Below are positions 25,076-37,908 of a stretch of 64,000 bases of DNA, piece after piece. How positions within the stretch are numbered: position 1 is the stretch's first letter; each line of letters starts with the position of its first letter. Where the stretch lies: the NCBI RefSeq assembly GCF_963921235.1, contig NC_086114.1:44144001-44208000 (forward strand), in the 5' to 3' direction. The position numbers were made by a program, and so were the translations under genes. The notes under the pieces were generated by a model. It did no database searches and was not told where the DNA came from. It was given only the letters and a program-made list of their open reading frames with translations. Origin of the DNA: Mobula hypostoma (lineage: Eukaryota).

Positions 25076-25337
25076 GGCAGCATGGTAGCGTAGCAATTAA
25101 GGTTACATTATTATAGCACCAGCATCTTGGGTTCAATTCCCGCTACTGTCTGTAAGGAGTTCATCAATTCTCCTTGTGACCATGTGAGTTTCCTCGAGAT
25201 GGGTCTGGTTTCCTCCCATGATCCAAAGACCTATGTGTTAGTAATTTAATTGGTCACATGGGTGTAATTGGGCAGCACCGGTTTGTTAGGCCAGAAGGGC
25301 CCGTTACCGTGGAGTATCTCTAAATAATAAAAAAAAT
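25076..25337 (+). mobile_element. V-SINE (tRNA-derived, HE1-like), full length
   Basis: A box tggtagcgtagc, B box gggttcaattcc, V-domain ggtttcctccca..ccaaagac, A-rich tail. Confidence 0.9.
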
Positions 25338-25659
25338 GCTTACATGCCAATTTACAGTAATCATAGAAGGAAAGTGTATTGTGTTCTTAATGCAAATACA
25401 GACCTTCCCCAGGCTGCAGGACTGATCCTGGGCACCGTCCATAACGTGAGGAGTTTACAAGTTTGAAATGCGGTGGCAGATGTGTTCTCACAGGGCTGAA
25501 AATGCCTGTGCCCCTCAAATCCATCCCACTGGCCTCCCCAATGCTGATTCATATATATGAGCTGAACATCAGCTGGTAAGCTGAGGGGGATCAGTACAAA
25601 GACCTAAAGCAGCATCACAGAAGATAGCATGTACCCATAAACATTAGCTCACGACATTT

Positions 25660-25825
25660 TGCACTTGCTGGCAATCCAGAGCAGCACACACAAAAAGCTG
25701 GAGGAACTCAGCAGTCAGGCAGCATGTATGGAAATGAATAAACAGTCGAAGTTTCGGGGCAAGACCCTTCATTAGGACTGGAAAGGGAGGAGGAAGAAGC
25801 CAGAATAGAAAGAAAGAATAAGAAG
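25660..25825 (-). mobile_element. PLE terminal fragment with mutated hammerhead
   Basis: Minus strand CCAGTC-CTAATGA-AGGGTCTTGCCCC-GAAACTTC-GACTG. Confidence 0.8.
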
Positions 25826-26825
25826 GACCCATAAATTGTAGGATTGCGGCATCAAACATCACTTCAGCACTTGTATGCTGCAGAAAATCACTCCAACCAG
25901 TGCTCAGCCAAATATTGATAAAATGGTTATCAATCTCAATTGCTGTTGGCTAGTTCTTGCTGTGTACTAATTAACTTTCCCTTTTGCCTGTGTCGAGAGC
26001 TCAACAAATTGTTAATATGTAAACCACTTCGGGATGTCTTCAGACGCAATTAGGTGCAGTATAAAGTCTACCATTCTCCGATCAGACTGTACTTTAACTA
26101 ATGCAATATTTACAAGGCTTTCTCAGCATTTACAGTGCCTGAGAGACAACTAGCCTAAGGGAGGCAGTCATTTTCCTGGAACTGCCTGTTTTCACAGCGC
26201 TAAAATGATATTTGATGGAAGCGAATGGACTGGTTAATGGGAGAAATTGGTTTTGGAATTTCAATCACTTTTCACGTCACAGAGAGAGTCACTTGACAAA
26301 GATTGAACAGGATCAGGTGTCCTCCTTATCCAACAAGTAGGCCCATCCACTTCAGTACCTAACGTTAGGCAAATGCTCAGTGCAGTTGTCTGTATATATA
26401 CCAGTTTGGCAGCACCATAATCGAAATAATGCTTCAGAATTATACTACAAAGTGTTATTTAGCTGGTGTGTAAGTCATTTTGCACCAGTTTCAGTGAACA
26501 CCAACTGATTTAAAAAAAGAGGACCAGGGACCCTGGAATGTTATCTTTTTTTTGCATTATTTGCACGCGTCATATTGTCAACACACATCAATTTCACTCG
26601 AGCCAGCGCTACCACTGTGTCACTCACCACACCTAATCTGATCTGACTGTAGTCCTACATTCCTGCTACCCATAGTAATGTCTGACTATCAGAAATCCAT
26701 CTACCTCTTTCTTTAAAATATTGAAAGTCTGTCCCTTTGTGACAGAGAGTTTCAAACACCATGATCCTCAGAAATTCTTTTTTTCCCATCTCAATCTTGA
26801 ACAGTGAACTTATAGTTCTAAAATT

Positions 26826-27166
26826 CAGAGGTGAAGAACCTATGACTCATGTGCCCAAAATGTCACACACAACAATTTTGTTGGCATGCAGCGTGCAGTG
26901 CCAAGTCTTGATTCTTTAAACCCCACCCATAATAAAAAAAATGATTAAAATCTGTCTGTTATACCTTCATTAATAGAAAGTCAATGAAGATACATAAATT
27001 AGCAAAATGACTCACAGAGTCTCCTTTTAAAAAAAGTCCATAATTATTGTTACTAGTTGATTATCAATGATAATCCCTGGTCAAAATTACTATGGAAAGC
27101 AAAAGGATATTTTAGAAGATTATTGGCAATTTGGACACACACTCTCAAAAAGGTTCACCATCCCTG
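26826..27166. mobile_element. Non-autonomous hAT element (MITE)
   Basis: Imperfect TIRs cagaggtgaagaacct / aggttcaccatccctg; TSD degenerate. Confidence 0.65.
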
Positions 27167-28050
27167 TTCTGGATCCTCCCAGCATATGAAACCCCAGTAC
27201 TGAGTTACAACTTTAATTTTGTGTGTTAGTGTTTTGTCTTTGCGGCATTCACTCAGCTAATAAATTAACCCAAATTGTTTGCAGATTAAAGACCCTGTAG
27301 TATGATTTTTATTATGCGTTTGTATGTTGAGCGCCAGCATTTAGTGGTGAGATAAGAGCATTATCTCAGGCTATGCTGCACACAAGTACAACGCCTCCCC
27401 TTATCTTCCCACAAAATGCTGTGCTTGCCATATAAAGCCACCATAAATCCTTAATTACAAAGCCTTCTCCATTCCAGTCACCTGGATATCATCTCTGTTT
27501 AAACAAAGAGACTCACGCACAACACAGATGACTGAAGCTATGATTATCCAACAGGTCATTTGATGGATGTTATGTTGATGAACTAATCTGTGGCTGCTAC
27601 AACCATCTCAGCCCCAAGTATGTGAGGAGCATCTCTCTCTATCTTGTTGCAATAGACCTGAGGCCAGGAACAAAGCTGTTAGTCCTTTGTCAAAGTGTCT
27701 CAGCGTTTGTGGCCTTTAGGACAGGAGTGTGATACGAAGAAGGACTGATAACTTGTGCAGGCAGCTCAGTGATGGATTATGTGCCACACAGCTTCAGCAG
27801 CCTGGGTTCAGTCCTGACCTCAGGAACCATCTCTGTGGAGTTTGCACACTCTCCCTGCAGCCACATGGGTTTCTTCCAGTTTTCCCCCTTGACCCCAAAA
27901 ATGTTTTGCTTGGTAAGTCAATTGGTTTACTATTGTCACCTGTACCGAGCTACAGTGAAAAACTGTTCTGTGTGTTATCCCTACAGATCATTTCATTACT
28001 ACAGTGCATCGAGATGGTACAAGGGAAAAAACAAGAACAGAATTATTATA

Positions 28051-28292
28051 GGGTGGCACGGTCGTGTCACAGTTAGAGTAAGGCTATTAGAACACCAGTG
28101 ACCCAAATTTATTTCCACATACTGCTTGTAAGGAGTTGATACATTCCCCCCATGACCACATGAGTTTCCTCCAGGTGCTCCAGTTTCCTCCAAAGGCTTA
28201 TGAGTTACTAGGTGAATTGGTCACATGGGTGTAGTTGGGCGGCGCGAGCTTGCAGGGCCTGAATGGCCTGTTACCATGTTGTATTTCTAAAA
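28051..28292 (+). mobile_element. V-SINE nested in a minus-strand Rex1 fragment (27920-28810)
   Basis: ggtggcacggt..gtttcctccaggtgctccagtttcctcc; host ORF FLPSGRRYKSLKAHTSRFKD. Confidence 0.85.
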
Positions 28293-29134
28293 TTGAGAAA
28301 AATAGGAAGAATGCAGAATATGGAGAAAGTGCAGTTCAGGTAAGAGTTAAGGTACAAGGGCCATGATGAGACAGACTCTGTGGTCAAGAGTCCATTTTAT
28401 CATGCAAAACATCCATTAAAAAGTCTTTAAAAATGGGATAGGAGTTGTCCTTGAATCGGGACGTATGTGCTTTCAGGCTTTTGTATCTTCTGCCCGAAGG
28501 AAGGAAGAAGAAGCAGGAATGCCTGGGGTACAAAAGGGTCTTTGTACATATTGGCTGCTTTAAGGAGAAGTGTAGACAGAGTCCATGGGGGCGGGGGCTG
28601 GTTTCCATGATGTACTGATCTATGTCCATAACTCTCTGCAGTTTCTTGCAGTCTCAGGCTGAGCAGATGCCATACCAAACCATGGTGCATGTATATAGAA
28701 TGATAGAATGATATCTATGGTGCATCAATAAATATTGGTGAGATCAATGAGGACATGCTGAACTTCCTTAACATTCTGAGGAAGTAGAGGTGCTGTTGCA
28801 CTTTCTTGACCCTAATATAGGCGTGTAGTAGAATATGGAGAGAGGTGATGGAGGGAGTAGATACCAGTTGATATTGGTGTCAGTATCTCTGAGGGTTTAA
28901 CCTGGTCCCAACATATCGATGCAGCTATAAATAAGGCAAGGTATCAGCTATATTTCATTAGGAATTTGAAGAGATTTGATTTGTCTCATAAAACACTCGA
29001 AAACATCTACAGATGTACTGTGGAGAGCATTCTGACAGGCTACATCACTCTTTGATATGGGGGGGGGGTAGCTACTGCACAGGATTTATAAAGAAGTTAC
29101 AGAAAGTTGCAGAACTTCTCCCTTCCATCGGGCA

Positions 29135-29864
29135 GAAGATGGTGACACTCACATCCCCATCTACATCAAAGGAACTGTAGTGGAACGTGTATCAAGCTTC
29201 AAATTCCTTGGTGTCCACATTTCCGAGGATCTCACCTGGTCCCTGAACTCCTCCATCCTGATCAAAAAGGCACAACAGCACCTTTATTTCCTGCGGAGCA
29301 TGAAGGAAGCTCACCTCTGTCCCAGGATACTGACGGACTTTTACCGTTGTACCATTGAGAGCATACTCAACAACTGCATCTCAGTGTGGTATGGCAATTG
29401 TCCTGTATTAGAGCACAAAACACTCCAGCTTGTGGCGAAAACTGCCCAGCAGATTATTGGCACCCAATTGCCCACCATTGAGAACACCTACCATAAACGC
29501 TGCCTGGGCAGGGTGAAAGCATTATCAGGGAAGCATCTCACCCTAACCATGGACTTTTTACTCTCCTCCCATCCAGTAGGCACTACAGGAGCCTCCGCTC
29601 CTGCACCAGCAGGCACAGGAAGAGCTTCTTCCCTGAGGCTATGACACTGCTGAACCTCACATCACAGCACTAAGTAGTATTGCATCCATATTATACTGTC
29701 TCAGTACTTTTATATTTGTGTGCTGTGGCACCTTTTTTATTTGCAGTTATTTTGTATATAACACTATTCTTTGCATTTCTGGTCAGATGCTAACTGCATT
29801 TCATTGGCTTTGTATCTGTACTCGGCACAATGACAATAAAGTTGAATCTAATCTAATCTAATCT
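29135..29864 (+). mobile_element. Rex1/Babar LINE 3' portion (RT C-terminal, DUF1891-like), nested in an older Rex1 copy (28870-30270)
   Basis: ORF 29180-29644 ERVSSFKFLGVHISEDLTW..KKAQQHLYFLR..FYRCTIESIL..CISVWYG; AATAAA then (AATCT)4 tail. Confidence 0.92.
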
Positions 29865-30290
29865 AAAACTACGCAGCTCCATCATGAGTGTTAACCTCTT
29901 TAGTATCCAAGACATCTTCAAGGAGTGGTGCCTCAGAAAACAGTGTCCATTTTTCAGGATCCCCATCACCCAGGGCATATCCTCCTCTCATTGCTACTGT
30001 CAGGAAGGAGGTACAGAAGCCTGAAGGCACATACTGACCAATTCAGGAGCAACTTCTTCCTCTCTACCATCTGATTTCTAAATGGACATTGAATATGGCC
30101 TCACGTTTTTTTATGATTGTTTTTGCACTATTTTTAATTTAACTATTTAATATGCCTATACATATTCACTGTAATTCATTTATTTAGTATATATCATGTA
30201 TTGCATTGTACTGCTACCGCTAAGTTAACAGATTTCACGACTTATGTCGATGATATTAAACGTGAGTCTGATTCTGAAACCAGAGATGGA

Positions 30291-30575
30291 TGGCACCGTA
30301 GCACAGTGGTCAGCACAACGCTTTGCAGTACAAGTGACCCAGGTTCAAATCCCACCGCTGCCTGCAAGGAGCTTTACGTTCTCCCCATTACCACGTGGGT
30401 TTCATCCGGGTGCTCCTGCTTCCTCCCACAATCCAAAGATGTACCGGCTGGTAGGTTAATTGGTCATTGTAAATTGTCCCATGATTAGGCTAGGGGTAAA
30501 TCAGGGGATTGGTGGGTGGCATGTCTCCAAGGGAAGGAAGGGTCTATTCTGCTCTGTATCTCAATAAAAAAAAAA
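30291..30575 (+). mobile_element. V-SINE, full length
   Basis: tggcaccgtagcacagtgg, ggttcaaatccc, V-domain, A tail. Confidence 0.9.
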
Positions 30576-30659
30576 CCTGTGGGATTGATCTGAAGGCTAA
30601 CACACAATCAATGGACTAAATAATTTTATACACTTCTGTGTATAAAAGTGTATAAAATT

Positions 30660-30996
30660 ATGCTGTCAAGTTGCATGCCATCTTGGACAATGTCTCTCAT
30701 CCACTACATAATGCACTGGGTGGGCACAGGAGTATATTCAGCCAGAAACTCATTCCACCGAGATGCAACACAGAGCGTCATAGGAAGTCATTCCTGCCTG
30801 TGGCCATCAAACTTTACAACGCCTCCCTTGGAGGGTCAGACACTCTGAGCCAATAGGCTGGCCCTGGACTTATTTCCTGGCATAATTTACATATTACTAT
30901 TTAACTATTTATGGTTTTATTACTATTTATTATTTATGGTGCAACTGTAATGAAAACCAGTTTCCCCCGGGATCAATAAAGTATGACTATGACTAT
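30660..30996 (+). mobile_element. Short Rex1 3' end, same family as 50935-51644
   Basis: HAIL.NVSHPLH..FSQ.LIP.RC.TERHRKSFLPVA; (CTATGA)n tail. Confidence 0.9.
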
Positions 30997-31029
30997 AACC
31001 TTCTTCCATATCATAAGAATTTATGACAG

Positions 31030-31497
31030 CAGTGGAATATGAATGCAACATTGTGTTCAGTTCTGATCACCGTACTATAGGAAAAATGCCATTTCACTAA
31101 AGTGTGCAGGAGGAGATGTAGAGGAATGTTGCCATGACCCAAGGGACTGAGCTATGTGGAGATGTTGAGCAAGTTGGCACTTCATTGATTGGAGCACAGG
31201 AGAATGAGGAGTGATCTTATAGAAGTATATAAAATTATGAGGGCATAGATAGAGCAAATGGTTTTCTTTTTTCCAGGGTTTGGGAATCAAGACATTGGTT
31301 TAAGGTGAGACGGGACAGATTTAATAGGAATCTGTAGCACAACTTTTTGACCCGGTGCTCTGTTTTTGCAATGAGCTGCCAGAGGAACTGGTTGAGGTAG
31401 GTACATTGACACAATTCAAAAGACACTTGGAATGTACAAGGATAAGAAATATTTGGAGAGATATGAGCTAAACACGGGCGAATGTGACTATCTTAAT
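31030..31497 (+). mobile_element. CR1 LINE 3' fragment
   Basis: ttggagcacaggagaatgaggagtgatcttatagaagtatataaaattatgagg. Confidence 0.85.
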
Positions 31498-31499
31498 TG

Positions 31500-32015
31500 A
31501 AATACAAGAAATATTGCAGATGCTGGAGGTGTGGAACAACACACACAGAATGTTAGGGGAGCTCAGTGGGTCAGGCAGCTTCTATGGAGGGTAATAAGCA
31601 GTTAGGTTTTGGGCCGAGACCCTTCATCAGAATGGAACCAAAGAGGACAGAAAGCAAAACTAAAAGGTAGGGAGAAGGAAAGGAGCACAATCTAGCAGGT
31701 AAATAGGTGAGGTCAGATGAAAGACAGAAAGTAGGTGGGTGGCAGAAAGGGGATGAAAGGGAATGACATCAAGAAACTAGGAGGTAATGGGTGGAAGAGG
31801 TAAAGGGCTGAAGAAGAAGGAATCTGACAGGAAAGGACAGTAGATCATGGAATAAAGGGAAGGAGGTGGAGAATAAAAGGGAGGCAATGAGCAGGTCATG
31901 ATTGCAGGTGAGGGGAATAAATTAGGTGAGGAGGGCACAAGGCGAGAGAAAACAAAGGGGAGAGAAGGAAAACAGTGGGGAGTAGTGACTAGAAGTTAGA
32001 AAAATTGTTGTTGAT
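31500..32015 (-). mobile_element. PLE 3' region: ORF end, pyrimidine-rich UTR and hammerhead
   Basis: Minus strand INNNFSNF* (resembles a GIY-YIG C-terminus), then CTGATGA-AGGGTCTCGGCCC-AAAAC at ~31606-31630. Confidence 0.8.
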
Positions 32016-32399
32016 AGCAATGATTGACGGGACAATTGGGCTGAAGGGCCTGTTTCAGTGTTATGTGACTTATGACTGTGCATATGTCATTCAGCCAGCC
32101 TACTGTATAATGTGCCATGGACCCTCCAACTGTCTTGAGAAGGTGGAGCGTGGAGATGCATTCAGAAACAGGTGGGGATAATAAACTTGCTATTGTAGGA
32201 GGTGGGGGGAATAGAAAGGGAAATGTTTTTACTGACATCAGTCTTTATCCAAATAATCTACATCCACTGTGTACCAGATTTCACAGTCCAAAGCAAAAAG
32301 ACCTGATGGATGAGAACATCTTCCAATGAATAACTAATCTTGCTCAGTCATTGATTCATAGGCCTTTAACCCCAATGTGTCCATGATAGCCATCAGCCA

Positions 32400-32665
32400 C
32401 CTATATTACATTAATCCTATCATAACTCCACTCCAGATTTTCATCAACAGCCCTTCAAGGTTCGACCAGTCACCAACACACTAGGGGAAAATTACACTGG
32501 CTATTTTATCTTAACCGCACATCTTTGGGATTGGGAGAAAACTGGAGCTCTGGGGGAATCCATGCAGTCAGGGGGTGAACATGCAAACTCCACACAGACA
32601 GCACTGGAAGAGAGGATTGCACCTGGATACTGGAGCAGCTTTACTATCTGTACTACTGTGCAGCC
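32400..32665 (-). mobile_element. V-SINE
   Basis: catctttggga..gaaactggagc..catgcaaactccacacagacagc. Confidence 0.75.
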
Positions 32666-35389
32666 CTGAAGTGTTTACCTGACAATTAGTAAGCATTATG
32701 GCTATAGAATCAAAGTCCAGCAGTATAAAAGTAGGCTGTTTGGTCCACTGAGTTCCTATTTGAACGTAGAATAGTACAACATAAGAGCGGTCTCTTCCTA
32801 CAAGGTCTGTGCTAAGTATGATGTCAAATTAAACTAAACCTCCTCTGCCTCTACATGAGCCAAATCTCTCCATTCTATGCACCTCCATTTGACTAAGAAC
32901 CTCTTAAGTACCACTGTCATGTTTCCACCGCTAATTCTGGCAGAGCGTTTTGTGTTTAAAAAAAGACTAGCCCTGCACATCTTCTTTGAACTTTCTCTCC
33001 TCCTCACTTTAAATGCCTCTTCTCTGATACTTGCCATTTCTACCCTGGGAGAAAGATTCTAAGTGTCTTCCCCATTTATGATTTTATAAACCTCTGTCAG
33101 GTGTCTCATCAGCTTCTGACAGTTCCTGAACCTCATGGAGGTCCCACACCACCAAGCTCAGGAACTATTACTACGCTACAACCATCAGGCTTCTGAACCT
33201 GAGTGGATAACTTCAATCACCTCAACACTGATCTGATTCCACAACCAATAGACTCACTTTCAAGGCCGCTGCATCTCATGTTCCCGGTATTATTTAATAC
33301 TTATTTATTTATTATTTGCACAATTTGTCCTCTTTTGCAAATTGAATATTTGTCAATCTTTGTTATGTATGGTTTTTGATAAATTCTGTTCTATTTCTGT
33401 ATTTTCCCATAAATGCTTGCAAGAAAATGAATCTCAAGATGGTATATGGTGACATATGCATAATTTGATAATAAAATTAGCTTGAACTTTGAACTTTGAT
33501 ACTTGACTATTAAGTACCATTCATACTTTTGCCCTTATTGCAACAGTTGTTCTGTGTTATTATAAAGCAGTAAATCCTCTGGTTTTCCATGGCCTCAATG
33601 CTATCCATGTGATGGTCTATTCAGGAGGAAAACAATTTGGATTTCCAAGGATTGAGCCTCTGTGCTTGTACAGATTTTGTAAATATTACCGCTGTGTTGG
33701 TATTCCTCGCCCAACCTCTGGTGATGTATGCCCACTGTTATCATTTTATTGAACACAATTACAACGGAGGTGAGGATAAATAAGCACTTATGTTCCGTGC
33801 ACTGTCGCTGCTGAAGGTATTTAACTCATCTGAGATACCAAGAGACCAGCAAATAATAATATTTTTGCGAGGCATTTAACAGGAGAGCAAAGCTGCGTTA
33901 GTGTGACGCCCGAAGGATCAATAGTTCTGTAATAGTAGCCTGCGTCCATCTCATTCTGGGAACATTCCACACACTAAGAATGCATTGAAATATATATTAA
34001 AAAACACCTGTCAGCTAATCTGCTATGCAGTTTGTTGTCTTGTTTGCAACAGCAGGCAAGATGGTCTTCTCCGTTGAGTCATTGTTTCAAGTCCTTTGTT
34101 CATTGGTAATAGCAAGCCATTAACAAGGTCATTAGAGACTTTTCAGGGAGAGTTATAGAAGTGTAAATTCTTGAAGAGCAGTAGGTGGCCATTTAGTCCA
34201 CAAGGCTTCCCGGACCCCAGCAAAGTGTAATTCAATTAATATTTCTTTCCATCTCTTTCCCAATGTCCCTGTGAGTTGCTTTAGCATTAGTTATTTATCC
34301 AGTGGTGTATAAAGCAGAAAATGTTGGGTGTATTTAATAGGTCAGCCGAGCCATACACACTGATACCATTAGTAACTTCAAGTGGCTCTGATAAACATCC
34401 TGAGGTGAGCAAGCCCAGGTTTCCCAAAGCAAGCCAGTGCAAAATGAAAAAATAAAAACATATATAATCACTCAGCAGGTCAGTCAGCATCTGTGGAAAG
34501 GGAAACAATGTAAATGTTTCAGGTTGAAGACCTTTTGACAGAACTGGAAAAGAGTAAAGACAAATTGGTTCCATTGCAAAGAGACAAATAGACTATAAGA
34601 CATAGGAGCAGAATTAGGCCATTCAGCCTACTGATCATACAGCCATTCAAGCCCACTCCACCATTCAGTCATAACTGAATTATTATCCCACTCATCTCCA
34701 TTCTCTTCTCTTCTCCCTGTAGACTTTGATGCCATGGGATGGAGAGGGCAAAGGAAATATCTCCGAAAGGGCAAAATGAAGGTTAGCATGTTGACAAACT
34801 GCTGAGGAAGCCAACTAGCTGATAGGTTGATGAAGGCAGTGAAAGAGAGAAAAGCAAATAAATTCAGGTCAGAGCAGAGAAAACCTCTAGAGATAGAAGG
34901 TGCGAGTTACACTACAGAACTAATCTGGTCTGATGCAAATAGAGAGCGTGAGTTACCTAAAAATAGTGATTTGATTCTGAATCCAGAATATCCAGCAGAT
35001 GGACAATGAAGTGCTTTTCCTCTAGCTTACCTTGAGCATCATCTGATCCATGCAAAAGACCAGGCACATAAGAATGGGGTGGAGATTTAAACTAACAGAA
35101 TTGAGAAGTTCAGGATCACCACAAAAAAAGATACACTGCAAAGAGGCCACCTCAACATCTATTTTCAATTGGTATTGGTTTTATTATTGTTACCTGTATC
35201 AAGATACAGTGAAAAGCTTGCCTTGCACACTATTCATAAAGATGAAGCCAGTCTGTCCCTCCCCAAACACTGAAGCCAAAACTGCACCAAGTATTCTACA
35301 TCAGCTCACCAAAGCCCTGAGAAATCTCAGTATGACTCTTTTTCTTTTGTTCTCTCAAATACTTTGCACCAAAGGTGCACTGACAAATT

Positions 35390-35660
35390 GGAAACACAAG
35401 AGATTCTGCAGGTGCTGAAATGTCAGAGCAACAAAAAACAAAATGCTGGAGAAACTCAGCAGGTCAGACAGCATTTTCAGACCAAGAAATAAACAGTCAA
35501 TCGTTTTGGGCCAAGAAATAAACAGATGACGTTTCTGGCAGAAAATAAGCTGATTTTACGAGAGTCCTGATGAAGGGTCTCTGCCCAAAACGCAACTGTT
35601 TATTCCACTCGGTAGCTGCTGCCAGACCCGCTGAGTTTCTCTAGCGTTTTGTGTTGCACT
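35390..35660. mobile_element. Head-to-head inverted PLE ends with hammerhead motif
   Basis: A minus arm followed by gtcctgatgaagggtctctgcccaaaacg..ctgagtttctctagcgttttg. Confidence 0.85.
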
Positions 35661-36632
35661 GACATAATGGAATTTGAATTGGTTTATTATTGTCACATGT
35701 ACCAAGGTACAGTGAAAAGCTTGTCTTTGCATAGAGATCATACAGATCAGATCATTACACAGTGCATTGAGGTAGAACAAGGTAAAACAGTAACACTGTA
35801 GATTAAGTGTAAATGCTGCAAAAAAGTAGAGGTAAACAATAAAGAGCAAGATTATAATGAGGTAGAATCCATCTCATCATACAAGAGGTCTGTTCAAGAG
35901 ACTTATAACAATGGAATTGATGCTGACTATGGTAATTTTATTGCAGAGGAGACCATATTGTGAACCTCAAGTGCCCAGAGCAATCTCTCATCTCTAAAAC
36001 CGTTCTAGTAAACCTCCTTTGTTCTCTATCCAAAGCCTGCTCCTCTTTCCTGAAAGCATACTCCCTCAACCTCTGGTGATGAGTATTTCACGTTGATAAT
36101 TACATAGCAATGACTTTCGTCGTTGCAATGAGGTGGCTTCTTATTATGCAGAAACGATTGTGATTTCTCCTCGCTGAATAAAAATCGAACTGACTGATGG
36201 CAAGATACAAATCAAGTCAGCATTTGTATTCAGTGCGTGACGTGGAATTTCTGCTTCCTCCTGATTGTGTAGTTTATCAGCTGTACAACTTGATCTACCA
36301 GCGAGTTCTTCACAGAGGCAAGAATTCACTCAAACTGATAATCCAGGCAAGCATTTAGGTTGTGCTGTGTATATCTGTTTGCAGAACCTTAAGGCAATAT
36401 TTAGCAATGAATGTATCTCCTTGTAGATGATTTTTTTTTCTTGAATTTTTATGATTTTTTAAAAATATTTGTTTTGCTGTGTGAGCCATCATTTATTTTG
36501 CATTCTCATTGCCCTTATGAGCTTACTTGTAGAACCACTGCAGTCCTTTTGGTGATGGTAGACTCTCAAACCCAGTGGGGAGGACATTCTAGGATTTAGA
36601 CCTAGCAACAGTGATTGAACCAGGTTATTACT

Positions 36633-36930
36633 TGGCATAGTAGCATAGCCGTTAGTGCATCACAGCTGTAAGATTGGGGGTTCGATTCTCACTGATGTTT
36701 GTAAAGAGGTTGCATGTTCTCCCATTAACCGTGTAAGTTTCCTTGACGTCTTCTGGTTTCCTCTCACAATCCAAAAATGTACAGGTTAGGGCTAGTGAGT
36801 TTTTCTGATGCTAAAAGCGTGGCTGCACTTGTGGGCTACCCAGCACAACCCCCTTGATTTGACACAAATGATGCACTTCACTCTATGCTTCAATGTTCAG
36901 TGTACATTTGACAAATAAAGCTAATCTTTA
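36633..36930 (+). mobile_element. V-SINE variant
   Basis: ggcatagtagcatagc, gggttcgattc, aaataaagctaatcttt tail. Confidence 0.8.
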
Positions 36931-37129
36931 AGTTCTGTGCAAAGTTTGTGAATGAGAGGCAAGTTGCAACCATGTGCTGTTATTGCTTTTGCCCCACCAA
37001 ATACGTATCTGGGGAGTGGATTTCGCCACAATTCAGTCTTGTGCTTATAGATGGTGGAAAGTTTTCAAAGTGTTGGTCACTGCAGAATACTCAGCCTTTG
37101 CAATGACAGCATAATCACACAGGAATACA

Positions 37130-37560
37130 AGGAAGTAAGAAAGCATGCTGGTTTGAGGAGTTTGAGGAGATTTGGTACGTCTTGCAAATTTCGACAGATG
37201 TGCAGTGGAGATTATTCGGACTGGTTGCATCACCGCCTGGTATGAAGGATCCAAAGCACAGAATTGTAAGGGGCTATGGAGGGTTTTACACTCAGCCGGC
37301 TCTATCACTGGTATGACCCTCCCCACCATCGGTGACATCTCCCAAAGGCGGCGCTTGAAGAAGGCAGCACTCATCATTAAGGACCTTCATGATCTAGAAC
37401 GTACCCTCTTCTCAATACTCCCATCAGGGAGGAGGTACAGGAGTCTGAAGATGCGCACTCAGCATTTTACGAACAGCATTTTCCCCTCTGCCATCAGATT
37501 TCTGAGCAGTCCATGAAACAATGAACACTACCTCGCTATTCCTCTTTTGTACATTTATTT
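37130..37560 (+). mobile_element. Rex1-like LINE; its 3' UTR resumes at ~39640-39760
   Basis: ORF 37172-37516 RCAVEII.TGCITAWY..LPSGRRYRSL..FTNSIFPSAIRFL. Confidence 0.88.
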
Positions 37561-37561
37561 A

Positions 37562-37905
37562 CAGTCATGGCTCCATCTGTCTAAGTAGACAATGGATGCG
37601 TCCATTCTGGGGTGCAGTCCTGGGTGATGAATATGGAGATCCTGGTCTGCCCAGACATCAAGATCCCCCTCTCGGCCTCAAGGATGTGATCCAAAGGAAT
37701 GCGAAGCAGTAATTTGGCATCAGCTTGGATGCAGGAGTTGCTGGGAGGTGACGTGATACGTCATCCAACCGCCTTCGGGGTTCCACTCTGGATTTGTGTA
37801 GGGTTTACTCCTTAGCCTTCTCATCTCCTGAAGATACCCACAAGGCAGTGGGATCCGTAACCCTGGATAGGGGCCCATACCGGGTACTGTCAGCCGGAGC
37901 CAGCT
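37562..37905 (-). mobile_element. Probable RTE-related non-coding fragment
   Basis: ccactctggatttgtgtagggtttactccttagcc..gaagatacccacaaggcag, recognised from memory of vertebrate repeats; family uncertain. Confidence 0.4.
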
Positions 37906-37908
37906 TTA

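Noticed and set aside
25076-25150. tRNA genes (A/B boxes here and at 28051, 30291, 36633, 44330)
   Set aside because: They are SINE heads followed by SINE bodies, with no cloverleaf or terminator.
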